Assembly (NCBI GenBank): GCA_020724905.1
Contig: DYGB01000002.1
Coordinates: forward strand, 29,425 to 93,424
DNA: 64,000 nucleotides
Source: Candidatus Paceibacter sp.
GTDB taxonomy: Bacteria > Patescibacteriota > Minisyncoccia > UBA6257 > JAGOQP01
Reading direction: 5' to 3'
Part shown: positions 49,065-58,778 of the stretch, piece by piece
Numbering within the stretch: the first letter of the stretch is position 1
Layout: each line of letters opens with the position of its first letter
Notes under the pieces: model-generated
What the model was told of the DNA's origin: nothing
Seen by the model: the letters and a program-made list of their open reading frames with translations, nothing else
Databases searched by the model: none
Translations under genes and position numbers: made by a program

Positions 49065-49529
49065 TTATGTTTCTTCTATGATTTTTTTAACAACTTTTTT
49101 GGATATGTTTAATAAGGGGCTGAGATTCAACCAGTATTTTCCATCTTCGCGTTGAGAAAGTATCTCTAATTCACCAAAACCAATTCTTAGTCCAATCCCA
49201 ATTTCCATGTAACTATTATGAGTAAGTTTGTTCCTATATCCATTTCTTAGTGTTTCGACTTGGTCATTTGAAAGACTCAGATTGTAGTAACTAGGATCAT
49301 TCAAAATTTGGAAATGTGTCTTTGTATCATTCCCACCTCCTTTTATAATACTACCAATATTGTCTACTATTGAAAGAAGAATTAACGCCGATGGATATCC
49401 ATAACATCCAGTATATCCATTCCAGCGAGGATCGGAAGATTTATCAAAATTTATACAATATTCCGCAACTTCAATCAGCTCTTTTAGAGCTTCCTTCTGC
49501 ATCTCTGACTTTGATAAATGAAGTGCCAT
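49065..49529 (-). CDS. HEPN-like hypothetical protein
   Basis: Helical protein with RNKLTH (Rx4H); start set at MALHLS because the longer ORF runs through the tRNA. Confidence 0.6.
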   Translation of the reverse strand: MALHLSKSEMQKEALKELIEVAEYCINFDKSSDPRWNGYTGCYGYPSALILLSIVDNIGSIIKGGGNDTKTHFQILNDPSYYNLSLSNDQVETLRNGYRNKLTHNSYMEIGIGLRIGFGELEILSQREDGKYWLNLSPLLNISKKVVKKIIEET

Positions 49530-49567
49530 ATTAACGTATCTCGTGTAGGATTGTTCCTTGCACGACT

Positions 49568-49641
49568 TGGCTGCCGGACTAGGATTCGAACCTAGATACC
49601 ATGCTCCAGAGGCATGTGTCCTGCCATTAGACGATCCGGCA
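49568..49641 (-). tRNA. tRNA-Gln(CTG)
   Basis: TGCCGGA/TCCGGCA acceptor stem, CATGC-CTCTGGA-GCATG anticodon arm, GGTTCGAATCC T arm, encoded CCA. Confidence 0.95.
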
Positions 49642-49694
49642 AAATACAAAGCTTATTGTAATGAAAATACTTCTATTATGCAATTATCTTATAT

Positions 49695-50627
49695 TTAGAG
49701 AATTGAAAATGTGGTGTAGGGAGAAACTATCTTTCCTATACTACATTCACATTTCTTAACCATTGATGAATGAGGGCCTTTTTCTACATTTGGAAGAAAA
49801 TATTGTATCGCTTCTTTTTCTCCCTGTGCACAAATAGAGACACTTCCATCATTGTTATTTCTAACAAATCCTTTGAGGTTATATTGTTGAGCTCTTTTTT
49901 CTATGAAACGTCTCATTCCAACACCTTGTACAATTCCTTCTAGATGAGCTGATAGTTCCAAAGGATCATTAAGAAATTCTTCTAGGGAAAGTGACCTTTC
50001 TATAGTGTAGTCTCCTATAGCTGTTCTTGTAAGAGCAGAGAGATATCCTTTAGATGAAAGTCTTTCTCCTAGATCTCTTGCCAAACTCCTCACATAGAAT
50101 CCTGAAGATACAAAGATATCAAGTATAAGTGTATAGGTCTCGTCTTCATTCTTTTGAAGAGATTGTATGGTATATGAATAAAAAGATACTATACGAGGCT
50201 GAGGTGATACTTCTTTCCCTTCTCGAGCTTTTTTATATGCAGCCACACCTCCCCTCTTTATTGCTGAGTATATAGGAGGTATCTGTTGTGTCTGATCTTT
50301 AAGACGTTCAAGCTCTCTTTGTATATCTTTTTTATCTATAGGAGGCACCTTTGTATCTTTGATAACTGTTCCTGTTATATCGTCAGTATCTGATGAGGCT
50401 CCAATACATATATGAGCTCTGTATGACTTATCTTTTCCTCGTAGGATAGTATCTAGTTGTTTTGTGTATTCTCTCCCTATCCCCACCATCAATACTCCTT
50501 CTGCGAATGGATCAAGTGTTCCTCCATGTCCTATCCTTTCCTTTGTTTTGAGTTCTCTTTGAATACTACGTAAAAACCCAGCAGAGCTAGGGCCTTTGGG
50601 TTTGTTCATGATAAAAAGACCACGCAT
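49695..50627 (-). CDS. truB: tRNA pseudouridine(55) synthase TruB fused to a C-terminal acylphosphatase domain
   Basis: GHGGTLDPFAEG, QIPPIYSA, SSGFYVRSLARDLG, LTRTAIG; then GIVQGVGMR..GFVRN..DGSV..GP. Confidence 0.9.
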   Translation of the reverse strand: MRGLFIMNKPKGPSSAGFLRSIQRELKTKERIGHGGTLDPFAEGVLMVGIGREYTKQLDTILRGKDKSYRAHICIGASSDTDDITGTVIKDTKVPPIDKKDIQRELERLKDQTQQIPPIYSAIKRGGVAAYKKAREGKEVSPQPRIVSFYSYTIQSLQKNEDETYTLILDIFVSSGFYVRSLARDLGERLSSKGYLSALTRTAIGDYTIERSLSLEEFLNDPLELSAHLEGIVQGVGMRRFIEKRAQQYNLKGFVRNNNDGSVSICAQGEKEAIQYFLPNVEKGPHSSMVKKCECSIGKIVSPYTTFSIL

Positions 50628-50664
50628 AGTATATATAGTGTATCAGATTTATATCAAAGAATAT

Positions 50665-50692
50665 AAAAACCCCCTCGTCTGAGGGGGTTTTA
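50665..50692 (-). terminator. Terminator after ftsX
   Basis: AAAACCCCCTC-GTCT-GAGGGGGTTTT. Confidence 0.8.
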
Positions 50693-50694
50693 AA

Positions 50695-51606
50695 CTAGTT
50701 TGCCTTAAGATACTTCCCTATCGCGATAAAACTTGATATGAGCCCCAAGATACTTCCAAAGAGTAACTGATAGATAAGGAGTGTTGGGAGATGATCAGTG
50801 AAATAGACCCAGAGATCTAGTTCTGGAACAAGAACATTGCTGTATGGAGAAATAAGGTAAATAAGAGGAGCAATAATGAGTAAACTGATAACAGCAGCAA
50901 GGATACCATAGATAATTCCTTCAATAAGGAATGGACCCCTAATAAAGAAGTTAGATCCCCCTACAAGTCGCATAATCATGATACTATCCTTACTTGAATA
51001 GATAGCAAGACGAATGGTATTAAAGGTAATTAAAACAGCAATAAGAGCCATAAAGATAGTAAGAGCAAATCCTCCCTGTTCTGCAATATTAAGGATAGTA
51101 TTGAGCCTTTCTATCACGGTAGCATTCTGACCATAGGTAACTCGCTCTGTATACTGTTTAATGGACTCATTCTCAAGATAAGCTGCAATTTGTGCATACT
51201 GCTCTGAGTCTTGTGCCTTAATATTAAGAGATGCAAGAAGAGGGTTTTCGCTTAACTGTTGGAGAGCCTGAGAAATTGTTTCATCATCTCCATGTCGTTC
51301 TTTAAAGATCTCAAGTGCTTGATCTTTTGATATATACTGCGTTGCTTTTACTTCTTCAAGTTCTTGTACTGAAGTTTGAATACGAAGAATTTCATCTTCT
51401 GGGGTATCTGCGGTAAAGAAGATACTAATATCAATTTTATCTTGAATATTTTCAATAATAGTTGTAGTGGTCACATTGAAAATATTAAGTCCCGCAAAGA
51501 CTGAAAGTGCGAGCACCATGACTAAGATAGTTGCCGTTGAAAGCCATACATTTCGTTTGAAATGTTGAAAGGCATATTTGATAAGACGTATACCGGTAGT
51601 AATCAT
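50695..51606 (-). CDS. ftsX: Cell division permease FtsX
   Basis: NTIRLAIYS, IMRLVGGS..FIRGPFLIEG. Confidence 0.93.
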   Translation of the reverse strand: MITTGIRLIKYAFQHFKRNVWLSTATILVMVLALSVFAGLNIFNVTTTTIIENIQDKIDISIFFTADTPEDEILRIQTSVQELEEVKATQYISKDQALEIFKERHGDDETISQALQQLSENPLLASLNIKAQDSEQYAQIAAYLENESIKQYTERVTYGQNATVIERLNTILNIAEQGGFALTIFMALIAVLITFNTIRLAIYSSKDSIMIMRLVGGSNFFIRGPFLIEGIIYGILAAVISLLIIAPLIYLISPYSNVLVPELDLWVYFTDHLPTLLIYQLLFGSILGLISSFIAIGKYLKAN

Positions 51607-51609
51607 AAA

Positions 51610-52302
51610 TTAAGCAAGTATATATTTTCCCTTTTCCTCATCGCGTATAATCTTTCCATCTTCAAGACTAATAACACGACGAGCAATACTATTAATGACA
51701 TCTCTATTATGTGTCGCAAGAATAATTGTTGTCCCCAGTTCGTTAATCTTTAATAACAGGTTTAAAATTTCATCAGTATTAACTGGATCAAGGTTTCCTG
51801 TTGGCTCATCAGCGATAATAACATCAGGATTATTAATCATTGCTCGTGCAATAGCGATACGTTGTTTTTCTCCTCCTGATATTTCTCGAGGGAAGTTATC
51901 TGTCTTACTTCCAAGTCCTACAATTTCAAGTGCTTTTGGAACGAGCTCATCAATTTCATTCTGTGGACGTCCTGCTACTTCAAGAGCAAAGGCAACGTTT
52001 TCATATGCTGTCTTTTCAGGAAGTAATTTAAAGTCTTGGAATACCGTTCCAATATGACGCCTCATCTTGTAGAGCTCATTTTCTTTTAAACGATTTACTT
52101 CATAGGAACCAAATACAACACGACCCTTACTTGGTCGTTCTTCTCCAATGAGGAGTTTTATAATCGTTGATTTCCCTGCTCCTGATTTACCCACCAGCGA
52201 GACAAACTCTTTCGGGTTGATCTTGAAACTGACATCCTCAAGAGCAACTGACTTTCGTTTATTTCCTTTATATATCTTGCTGACGTTCTGAAAAATAATC
52301 AT
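51610..52302 (-). CDS. ftsE: Cell division ATP-binding protein FtsE
   Basis: GKSGAGKST, VFQDFKLL, SGGEKQR, ADEPTGNLDP; upstream of ftsX. Confidence 0.95.
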   Translation of the reverse strand: MIIFQNVSKIYKGNKRKSVALEDVSFKINPKEFVSLVGKSGAGKSTIIKLLIGEERPSKGRVVFGSYEVNRLKENELYKMRRHIGTVFQDFKLLPEKTAYENVAFALEVAGRPQNEIDELVPKALEIVGLGSKTDNFPREISGGEKQRIAIARAMINNPDVIIADEPTGNLDPVNTDEILNLLLKINELGTTIILATHNRDVINSIARRVISLEDGKIIRDEEKGKYILA

Positions 52303-52362
52303 ATACAGGTATAAGTATAGTACATTTAGCGTATAAAAAGAAGAGAGGTGTGGATAATTTTT

Positions 52363-53445
52363 TTATTTCGTTTCTTGGCGAAAATGAGTAAGCTCGGCTT
52401 CTATAAATCCATCTAAATCCCCTCCTTCAAGTACCGGTTCTACCGTTCGTGTTTCATGATCTGTACGATGATCTTTTATTAATTTATAGGGGTTAAGTAC
52501 GTATGAACGAATCTGGCTCCCCCATTCTGGCTTTGCATTACTCTTCAGGTCATCAAGTTTTTCAACACGTTGTTGTTCCATAAAGTTAACGAGTTTTGCT
52601 TCAAGAACACGGAGTGCTCGTTCCCTATTAGCGCTCTGTGATCGTTCTGCTTGTGAGGCTGCACTGATACCGGTAGGGATATGTACAATACGAACAGCTG
52701 TTTCTACCTTGTTAACGTTTTGTCCTCCAGGACCAGATGATCGAGAAAACTCTACTTTAATATCATCATCTTTAATATCAAGTGTTGGTTCATCAAACTG
52801 AGGTAATACATCAACAAGAGCAAATGATGTATGACGCAATTGTTGTGATGAGAAAGGTGAGACACGAACTAATCGATGCACTCCTGACTCATACTTGAGA
52901 TACCCAAATGCATATGCTCCTGCAACTTCAAAGGTAATATGTTTAAGAGGTTTTCGTCCTGTTTTTGATTGAAACGATTCTTCAGTGATATCAATAACAA
53001 CAACGTTCCATTTTTTTCTTTGTGCCTAGGCACTATACATCTCATAGAGCATATGTACCCAATCAGCTGCATCATCTCCTCCTGCACCTGCAGAGATAGA
53101 AATAATTGCATTCTTTTTATCATAGGGCCCTAAGAACAGTTGTTCCCGTTCTAGTTCTTTTACATCTTTTTTTATCACCGCCAAAAGATCTTCATCATGT
53201 GTTTCTTTTAATTTCTTGAGACCTTCAAGAACTTCAGTATAGGTTGTGATACATCCTTGAAGTTCTCCCAGTTCTTTGAGGGTTGGTTCAACTCCTTCAC
53301 GATCTTTCCAGATATCAGGGTCTTGAAGAAGGAACTCTATCTCTTGTATTCGTTGTTTTTTCTTCTCAATAGCAAGATACTCTTCTAAATATGAGAGTTT
53401 ATCTTCTATATCACCTACGAATTGTTCGTATTCTTTTTCTATCAT
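52363..53445 (-). CDS. prfB: Peptide chain release factor 2, interrupted by an in-frame TAG at codon 140 (53026-53028)
   Basis: One frame: AGAGGDDAADW..MYSA*AQRKKW..ESGVHRLVRVSPF..RHTSFA..GPGGQNVNK..WGSQIRSY; SPF motif marks RF2. Confidence 0.9.
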
Positions 53446-53450
53446 ATATG

Positions 53451-53523
53451 AGCCAGCGAGAGGATTTGAACCCCCAACCTCTCCCTTACGAAGGGATTGC
53501 TCTACCATTAAAGCTACGCTGGC
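53451..53523 (-). tRNA. tRNA-Thr(CGT)
   Basis: GCCAGCG/CGCTGGC acceptor stem, TCCC-TTCGTAA-GGGA anticodon arm, GGTTCAAATCC T arm. Confidence 0.92.
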
Positions 53524-53636
53524 AGAAACATCAATAGGATAGCATATATCGTATGTTTCGTTCTATTGACCAAATATATATTATATTGTATTCTCTTGGC
53601 AAGAGTATATTAACAATTTAAAAAGGAGGAATTCTC

Positions 53637-54185
53637 ATGGCACCGTTTATCTATGATAAAAAGACAAACAAAAGTATTATGAAATTGACGCTTGTCTTTG
53701 TAGTAATACTTATCGTATTTTTCTTTGTATTTAGGTACGTCCTTTTTCCAAATGATGATTCTTACAATCCGATAGATACAACATATCTAACTTCATTTGA
53801 AAATTTTGCGTTTGACATTAATGCATATTTCTATGGGGATATGTGTATTGTCCGATCAATAGAGGCGTATCACCCTTCACACTATACCTTTGTTTCTGCG
53901 CAGTACCATTTCTATCCGTTAGTTTCATCAGATGGAAGTATTGTCTACAGGCTCTATGACAGCAATGCCCGTGGTTCAGATAATACCTCCTACATGATCA
54001 TCACATTTTATGATGAGAAGCAACATGTAGAGAGGAGTATTATCATGAGCATGGAAGACGTGCTTGATTTCTCTCCTCAAGAAATGGGTCTTCCTATACA
54101 AGTGGAAGATAAATCATTTTCTATCCATAGGGCATACCTTGAGCCTGGTGGGGAGATAGTTTTTAGAATGAACTCCTTAGAATAA
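53637..54185 (+). CDS. Membrane-anchored hypothetical protein
   Basis: TTGACC-17-TATTCT promoter, SD AAGGAGG, N-terminal TM; terminator 54193-54221. Confidence 0.7.
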   Translation: MAPFIYDKKTNKSIMKLTLVFVVILIVFFFVFRYVLFPNDDSYNPIDTTYLTSFENFAFDINAYFYGDMCIVRSIEAYHPSHYTFVSAQYHFYPLVSSDGSIVYRLYDSNARGSDNTSYMIITFYDEKQHVERSIIMSMEDVLDFSPQEMGLPIQVEDKSFSIHRAYLEPGGEIVFRMNSLE

Positions 54186-54219
54186 TAAAAGTGAAAGGAC
54201 ATCGTGTGATGTCCTTTTT

Positions 54220-56475
54220 TTATGCTCTTAATCGTCTCATAATCCCCTCCTCTATCTCTTTGTATGTCTTGGTATGTTTTTGTAGGGCATAGTCATAGAG
54301 ACGCTGAGCAGCATCTTTATCAGATGGTCTGTAGGGAAGGGTCTCAATACTAAAGGGTTCGGTTACCTTTCCATGATTTAACATCTTTACATAGGCGTGG
54401 AATGCGTTGAGGTTTCCAATATCATGAGCACTAAAGATAGGGTCAAATTCTTTTTCAAGTACTTGAGCATCTTCATTTCCTGTACGAAATACAATCATAG
54501 ATCCAACGTTTCCAAAAACTGCTTTTTTGATATCTTCATCAAGTTGTCCAATAAATTGATGTGCAATGGTAAGGTTTAGTTTGTACTTTCGTGCTTCAGA
54601 GAGAATGGTAGCGATACCATCAGTTGCAACATTATGAAATTCATCGATAAAGAGATTAAAATCAGTTCTTTTTTCAAATGGTATATCTCCTCGTGAAAAT
54701 GCTCCCAAAACCAACTTTCCAATCACTAACATTCCAAGGAGTGCTGCATTCATTTCTCCCAACTTTCCTTTACTGAGATTAACCAGGATAATCTTGTTTT
54801 CATCCATGGCCTTTCTAAATTGAATAGATGAAACTTCTTGTCCGATAATAGGGCGGATAAAGTCATTAGCGATAAATCCATTAAACTTAGAGGTAATATA
54901 GGGGGTAATATTTGCAAGTGACCCTTCTCCTCCAGCTTTTGCAACTTCTTTTGTCCAAAAATCAATAACAACAGGGTTTGTGATTCGTGCTAGTTTTCTC
55001 TGTCTAAATTCAGCATCGGTAAAGACACGAGGAACCTCTATTAATGTTGCTGGTTCATTAACACTATCTTCCAAGAGCAATAGAAGTGCATTGCGCATAT
55101 ACTGTTCAAACATAGGACCCATAGTTTCCTGTGAGAACAGCCTGTTAAAAATGCTTTGAATTTCATTAACGATAAAGGTCTTTTGTTCAGGATGAGCTGG
55201 ATCATATTCAAGCATGTTAATCCCCACAGGATGCTCGAGGTATGAGGGGTCAATGATAATAAGGTCATCTTTTCGTTTTTCTGGAATACATCCTGCAATA
55301 TGTTCAACAAGATCTCCATGAGGATCAATAACACAGACTCCTTTCCCGCGCTCTATATCTTGTGAGGCCAATTGTGTTAAAAGACCTGACTTTCCTGTAC
55401 CTGTTTGCCCGATAATGTAGAGATGACGAGAACGATCCTCATCACTGATATAGATGGGTTTACTTTCTCCACGAGCAGAGCTTTCTCCAATACAGAGTCC
55501 TGAGGTAGGAAGGTTAAGAGGAATGTTACTTTTCTTTGAGGTGACCCATTGTACTGTTGGGCTCAGGGTATCTGCGGTAGGGAAATGAAAGAGGCTTGCA
55601 AGTTCTTCAGTATTAAGAATCATTCCTTTTTTCTCATTGAATTGTCTAAATACAGTGTCATATGCCAATGTTTTAAGAGATCGTTCCTTTTGAATTGAAA
55701 GAAGAGGTCCTTCTGAGGTGGTAAACTGAGAAAATGATTCTGAAATATCATTAAAGATACTTTCTGTTTGAAAATCATTATCAGTTGAAACAATAATACG
55801 AGCATTAACCCAAAGAAGTGGTTTTTTAGCTTTCTTTTGAATATCTTCTTTTGGAGCGATGGTGGTATTTTCCGTTTCTTCTTCATCTGCTTTTTTCTTT
55901 TTCTTTAAGTATGAACGGAGCTGTTTTTTGTATGAGTCAGGAGCTTTTTTAATTAAAAATTGTATGACAACTCCTTCTCCAATGTGTTGAATCTTTGAGA
56001 GTGTGGTAATAATAGGGGCAAAGGTGTCTCGATCCATATCTTTGTAGGTATCGAGAGGAAATGAAAAATGTTTTGTTTGTTGAATATACCCTCCTTTGTG
56101 TACTCCTTCATGTTGGAAAATATTATATTCAGGAACATCTTGAATCTGAATTCCTGGGAAGAGTCCTTCTAGTTCACGTTGGATAAAGGCATGTTTCTCT
56201 TCTGGAAGAGAAAGATAGAAGTTAAGTTCTTCTCCAATATGATGTACTGCAATCTCACATGAAAGGGGTTGGGAGAATTGAGTAAGTGTTGAGAAAAAGT
56301 GTTCTGTTTTTTCAATTGCACTTCTGTCTTCCTGCCTGGGAAGACGAACAAGAAGCAACGTTCGTTTTAATGATTTTTGTATTCTTTGAAGTCGTACTCT
56401 TCGTGCAACAAAAAATATTCCTATACCGATGACGATAAGGAGAATAATTCCTGAACTAATAATAAGTGCGTCCAT
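54220..56475 (-). CDS. TraD/VirD4/HerA-like P-loop ATPase with N-terminal membrane anchor
   Basis: RHLYIIGQTGTGKS, IDPHGD, FIDEFHN, SEARKY.L.L.IAHQ. Confidence 0.88.
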   Translation of the reverse strand: MDALIISSGIILLIVIGIGIFFVARRVRLQRIQKSLKRTLLLVRLPRQEDRSAIEKTEHFFSTLTQFSQPLSCEIAVHHIGEELNFYLSLPEEKHAFIQRELEGLFPGIQIQDVPEYNIFQHEGVHKGGYIQQTKHFSFPLDTYKDMDRDTFAPIITTLSKIQHIGEGVVIQFLIKKAPDSYKKQLRSYLKKKKKADEEETENTTIAPKEDIQKKAKKPLLWVNARIIVSTDNDFQTESIFNDISESFSQFTTSEGPLLSIQKERSLKTLAYDTVFRQFNEKKGMILNTEELASLFHFPTADTLSPTVQWVTSKKSNIPLNLPTSGLCIGESSARGESKPIYISDEDRSRHLYIIGQTGTGKSGLLTQLASQDIERGKGVCVIDPHGDLVEHIAGCIPEKRKDDLIIIDPSYLEHPVGINMLEYDPAHPEQKTFIVNEIQSIFNRLFSQETMGPMFEQYMRNALLLLLEDSVNEPATLIEVPRVFTDAEFRQRKLARITNPVVIDFWTKEVAKAGGEGSLANITPYITSKFNGFIANDFIRPIIGQEVSSIQFRKAMDENKIILVNLSKGKLGEMNAALLGMLVIGKLVLGAFSRGDIPFEKRTDFNLFIDEFHNVATDGIATILSEARKYKLNLTIAHQFIGQLDEDIKKAVFGNVGSMIVFRTGNEDAQVLEKEFDPIFSAHDIGNLNAFHAYVKMLNHGKVTEPFSIETLPYRPSDKDAAQRLYDYALQKHTKTYKEIEEGIMRRLRA

Positions 56476-56478
56476 GAA

Positions 56479-56844
56479 CTAAAGAAGTCCTTTACGTTTC
56501 ATTTCTTCGTGAAGTTTCTCGACAAGTGCATCATGGTACATATCAAGAATAAAAGGATCTTTTTTCTTTGCTTCCCTGATTCCTTCAAGAAGTCCTTTTT
56601 CAAATGTGTGATTGATAAGGGTGGTCACTTCTTTCTTTACTTCTTCTGAGGCATCAGCTGCATAGGAAGGAAGTGAGTCGTTTGTTTTTCTCTGTTGGTC
56701 TTCTTCTGTTTGGGAGGTATAGTGAGTATGGATGACCTGTTTGAGGGCAGGAATATGGTTGTTTTCTACCTGTTCATGCTGTTCAAATGTTTGTTGAACT
56801 TCTTTTGTTTCTTGAGCAAGTTTTTCGTAGTTGATACTATCCAT
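56479..56844 (-). CDS. Hypothetical protein
   Basis: KGL.EGI.EA...DPFILD.YHD; operonic with the ATPase. Confidence 0.75.
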   Translation of the reverse strand: MDSINYEKLAQETKEVQQTFEQHEQVENNHIPALKQVIHTHYTSQTEEDQQRKTNDSLPSYAADASEEVKKEVTTLINHTFEKGLLEGIREAKKKDPFILDMYHDALVEKLHEEMKRKGLL

Positions 56845-56846
56845 AT

Positions 56847-58280
56847 ATGAAAGATAAAAAGAATATGAAATTGTATATTCTTGGTATTGTTCTGATTATA
56901 TCAGCGTTCTTTTTCTTTTACAATTTAGATACGCTTCCTCCTGGACTCTATATTGATGAGGCTATGAATGGACTCGATGCACAATCAGGAGAGTTAAAAG
57001 TAGTGTATCCAGAAAATGGAGGGCGTGAGGGGCTCTTTATTATTCTTCAATCACTTGTTCTTAGTATCGTTGGGATAGTAGAGCCATGGGTACTTCGCAT
57101 GGTGAGTGGCATTATTGGACTAGTGGGTATTGGAGGAATGTTTTTCTTCCTCTCAAGACTCTTCTATCGTATTGAGAAGAAATATCATTACTGGTGGGCT
57201 GGGATAGGGTCTGCGCTACTTGGTATGAGTCTGTGGTATAGCATTCTTTCTCGTGTAGGGTTTCGAGCCCTTCTGTCTTCAACTATTCTTATTTGGACAC
57301 TTGTACTTCTTGAAAAAGCAGTTGATAAAAAACATCCATGGTTATATATCATTGCTGGTGTCATAGGGGGAATAGGGATGTATTCGTATAGTGCATATTA
57401 TATCACTCCTTTTATTTTTCTATTGTATCTGTGGGTAGAAAAACAGATAGCACAAGAATCGTTTAGGTTCTTTATAAAACAGGTGTGGTACTTTGTTTCT
57501 TCTTTTGTTGTGGTGAGTATTCCTCTCTTTATTTCTCTTTCTTCTGTTTCTCGTTTTAATGAAGTATCTGTTTTTTCTCAAGAGAGTCCTTTTCTTCGTA
57601 TTATAGAAAACATTATTAAAACAGGAGGTATGTTGTTTTTTAAGGGAGATATGAATGCACGGCATAATATTCCTGGTCTTGCACAACTCTCTCCCCTTCT
57701 TGGTATCTTTTTTATTGGTATGCTTGTCTACTACATTCTTGCTCGTACAGGAAAAAAGCGATCATTTCTCATTTCATATACTCCGTTTCTTTTCGGATGG
57801 ATTATTCTTGCTTCCCTTCCCGCTCTATTTTCATCAGAGGGACTTCCTCATGCTTTGCGTAGTGTATTGATGCTTATCCCAAGTGTGATACTGAGTGTTT
57901 TTGGAATCTATGTCGTATACACCTTTCTGAAGAAACGATTTTCTTTTCGTACAGTAGTACTTGGAGGAGGGATACTCTTTTTTGTGTTTAGTATCTCTCA
58001 GGGATTTCTCTTGTTTGGTGTGTGGGGAACATCTTCTGATACGTGGAATGCATTTAGTTCTGATGTGTTAGAAACAGCATATGCGATAGAAACGATTGAT
58101 GCCTCTATTCCTGTGTATGTTGTTGTGTATCGAAACCCTGACCAGCTGTACAAAGAAATACCACGTTCTGTAACCCCTCTTGCATTTATGAACCCCAAGA
58201 GAGATATCATATACGTGTATGATGATACTGATATTCCTTCTGGGGCCGCAGTCTTTTATGTTGGAGAGAAGGAATTATAA
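56847..58280 (+). CDS. GT39/ArnT-like (GT-C) membrane glycosyltransferase
   Basis: PPGLYIDEA, many TM helices, PHALRS. Confidence 0.85.
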   Translation: MKDKKNMKLYILGIVLIISAFFFFYNLDTLPPGLYIDEAMNGLDAQSGELKVVYPENGGREGLFIILQSLVLSIVGIVEPWVLRMVSGIIGLVGIGGMFFFLSRLFYRIEKKYHYWWAGIGSALLGMSLWYSILSRVGFRALLSSTILIWTLVLLEKAVDKKHPWLYIIAGVIGGIGMYSYSAYYITPFIFLLYLWVEKQIAQESFRFFIKQVWYFVSSFVVVSIPLFISLSSVSRFNEVSVFSQESPFLRIIENIIKTGGMLFFKGDMNARHNIPGLAQLSPLLGIFFIGMLVYYILARTGKKRSFLISYTPFLFGWIILASLPALFSSEGLPHALRSVLMLIPSVILSVFGIYVVYTFLKKRFSFRTVVLGGGILFFVFSISQGFLLFGVWGTSSDTWNAFSSDVLETAYAIETIDASIPVYVVVYRNPDQLYKEIPRSVTPLAFMNPKRDIIYVYDDTDIPSGAAVFYVGEKEL

Positions 58281-58356
58281 AGGAGCTTTTTGAATTTTTA
58301 GAGAAAATGTTTTAGGCTTAGAGTATCGGTTCATTAATAATATAAGGGGGTTAGCT

Positions 58357-58749
58357 ATGACACTCTCATCAATCAGTGAAAAGATACGAGACTGGTCTTT
58401 TTATAGTCTTATTGGTTTTCTGTTGTGGAGCCTTGTTCTTATTAGCGCACTTCATTCAACAATGATTTCCTTGGTACTGGTCATTGCCAGTTTGTGTGTT
58501 ATAAATCGGTATTTTTCTCATTCATTGCATGGAATGATTATCCGAACAGGCATGGGAACAATTCTCTTCTTTGTTGCATTTATGTATGGTGGTCTTAAGC
58601 AGTTTCCCAAAGACTTTTCTTTACTTCTTATGATGTATGCATTTAGCATACTTATTGCTATCGTGTTTTCCTATATCATCGTAAAACATTCACTTGAAAA
58701 GGATGATGCTACTGATTCAGATCATTCTTCTCCCCCTCTCTTGTATTAA
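58357..58749 (+). CDS. Hypothetical membrane protein
   Basis: About 4 TM helices; TTGAAT-17-TAGGCT promoter, SD AAGGGGG. Confidence 0.7.
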   Translation: MTLSSISEKIRDWSFYSLIGFLLWSLVLISALHSTMISLVLVIASLCVINRYFSHSLHGMIIRTGMGTILFFVAFMYGGLKQFPKDFSLLLMMYAFSILIAIVFSYIIVKHSLEKDDATDSDHSSPPLLY

Positions 58750-58778
58750 AAAGGGAGCTTTTTAAAAGCTCCCTTTTC

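Larger units (their letters stand above)
33037..49530. other. Accessory region/genomic island adjacent to the tRNA-Gln 3' end (boundaries approximate, no integrase seen)
   Basis: Run of short, mostly minus-strand accessory and orphan genes, visibly more A/T-rich, defence-type genes at the tRNA-proximal end. Confidence 0.55.

Noticed and set aside
49530-49649. N-terminal extension of ORF 49065..49649
   Set aside because: It is a translation of tRNA-Gln; the plausible start is ATG at 49529.
52869-53123. 84-aa ORF as a frameshifted middle piece of prfB
   Set aside because: Off-frame shadow. The RF2 sequence continues in the original frame across the TAG, so no frameshift is needed.
53446-53508. 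N-terminal extension of ORF 53026..53508
   Set aside because: It overlaps tRNA-Thr; prfB starts at 53445.
54220-56475. Conjugative element around the VirD4-like ATPase
   Set aside because: No relaxase, VirB genes or integrase; flanked by housekeeping genes, as is common for this ATPase in CPR.
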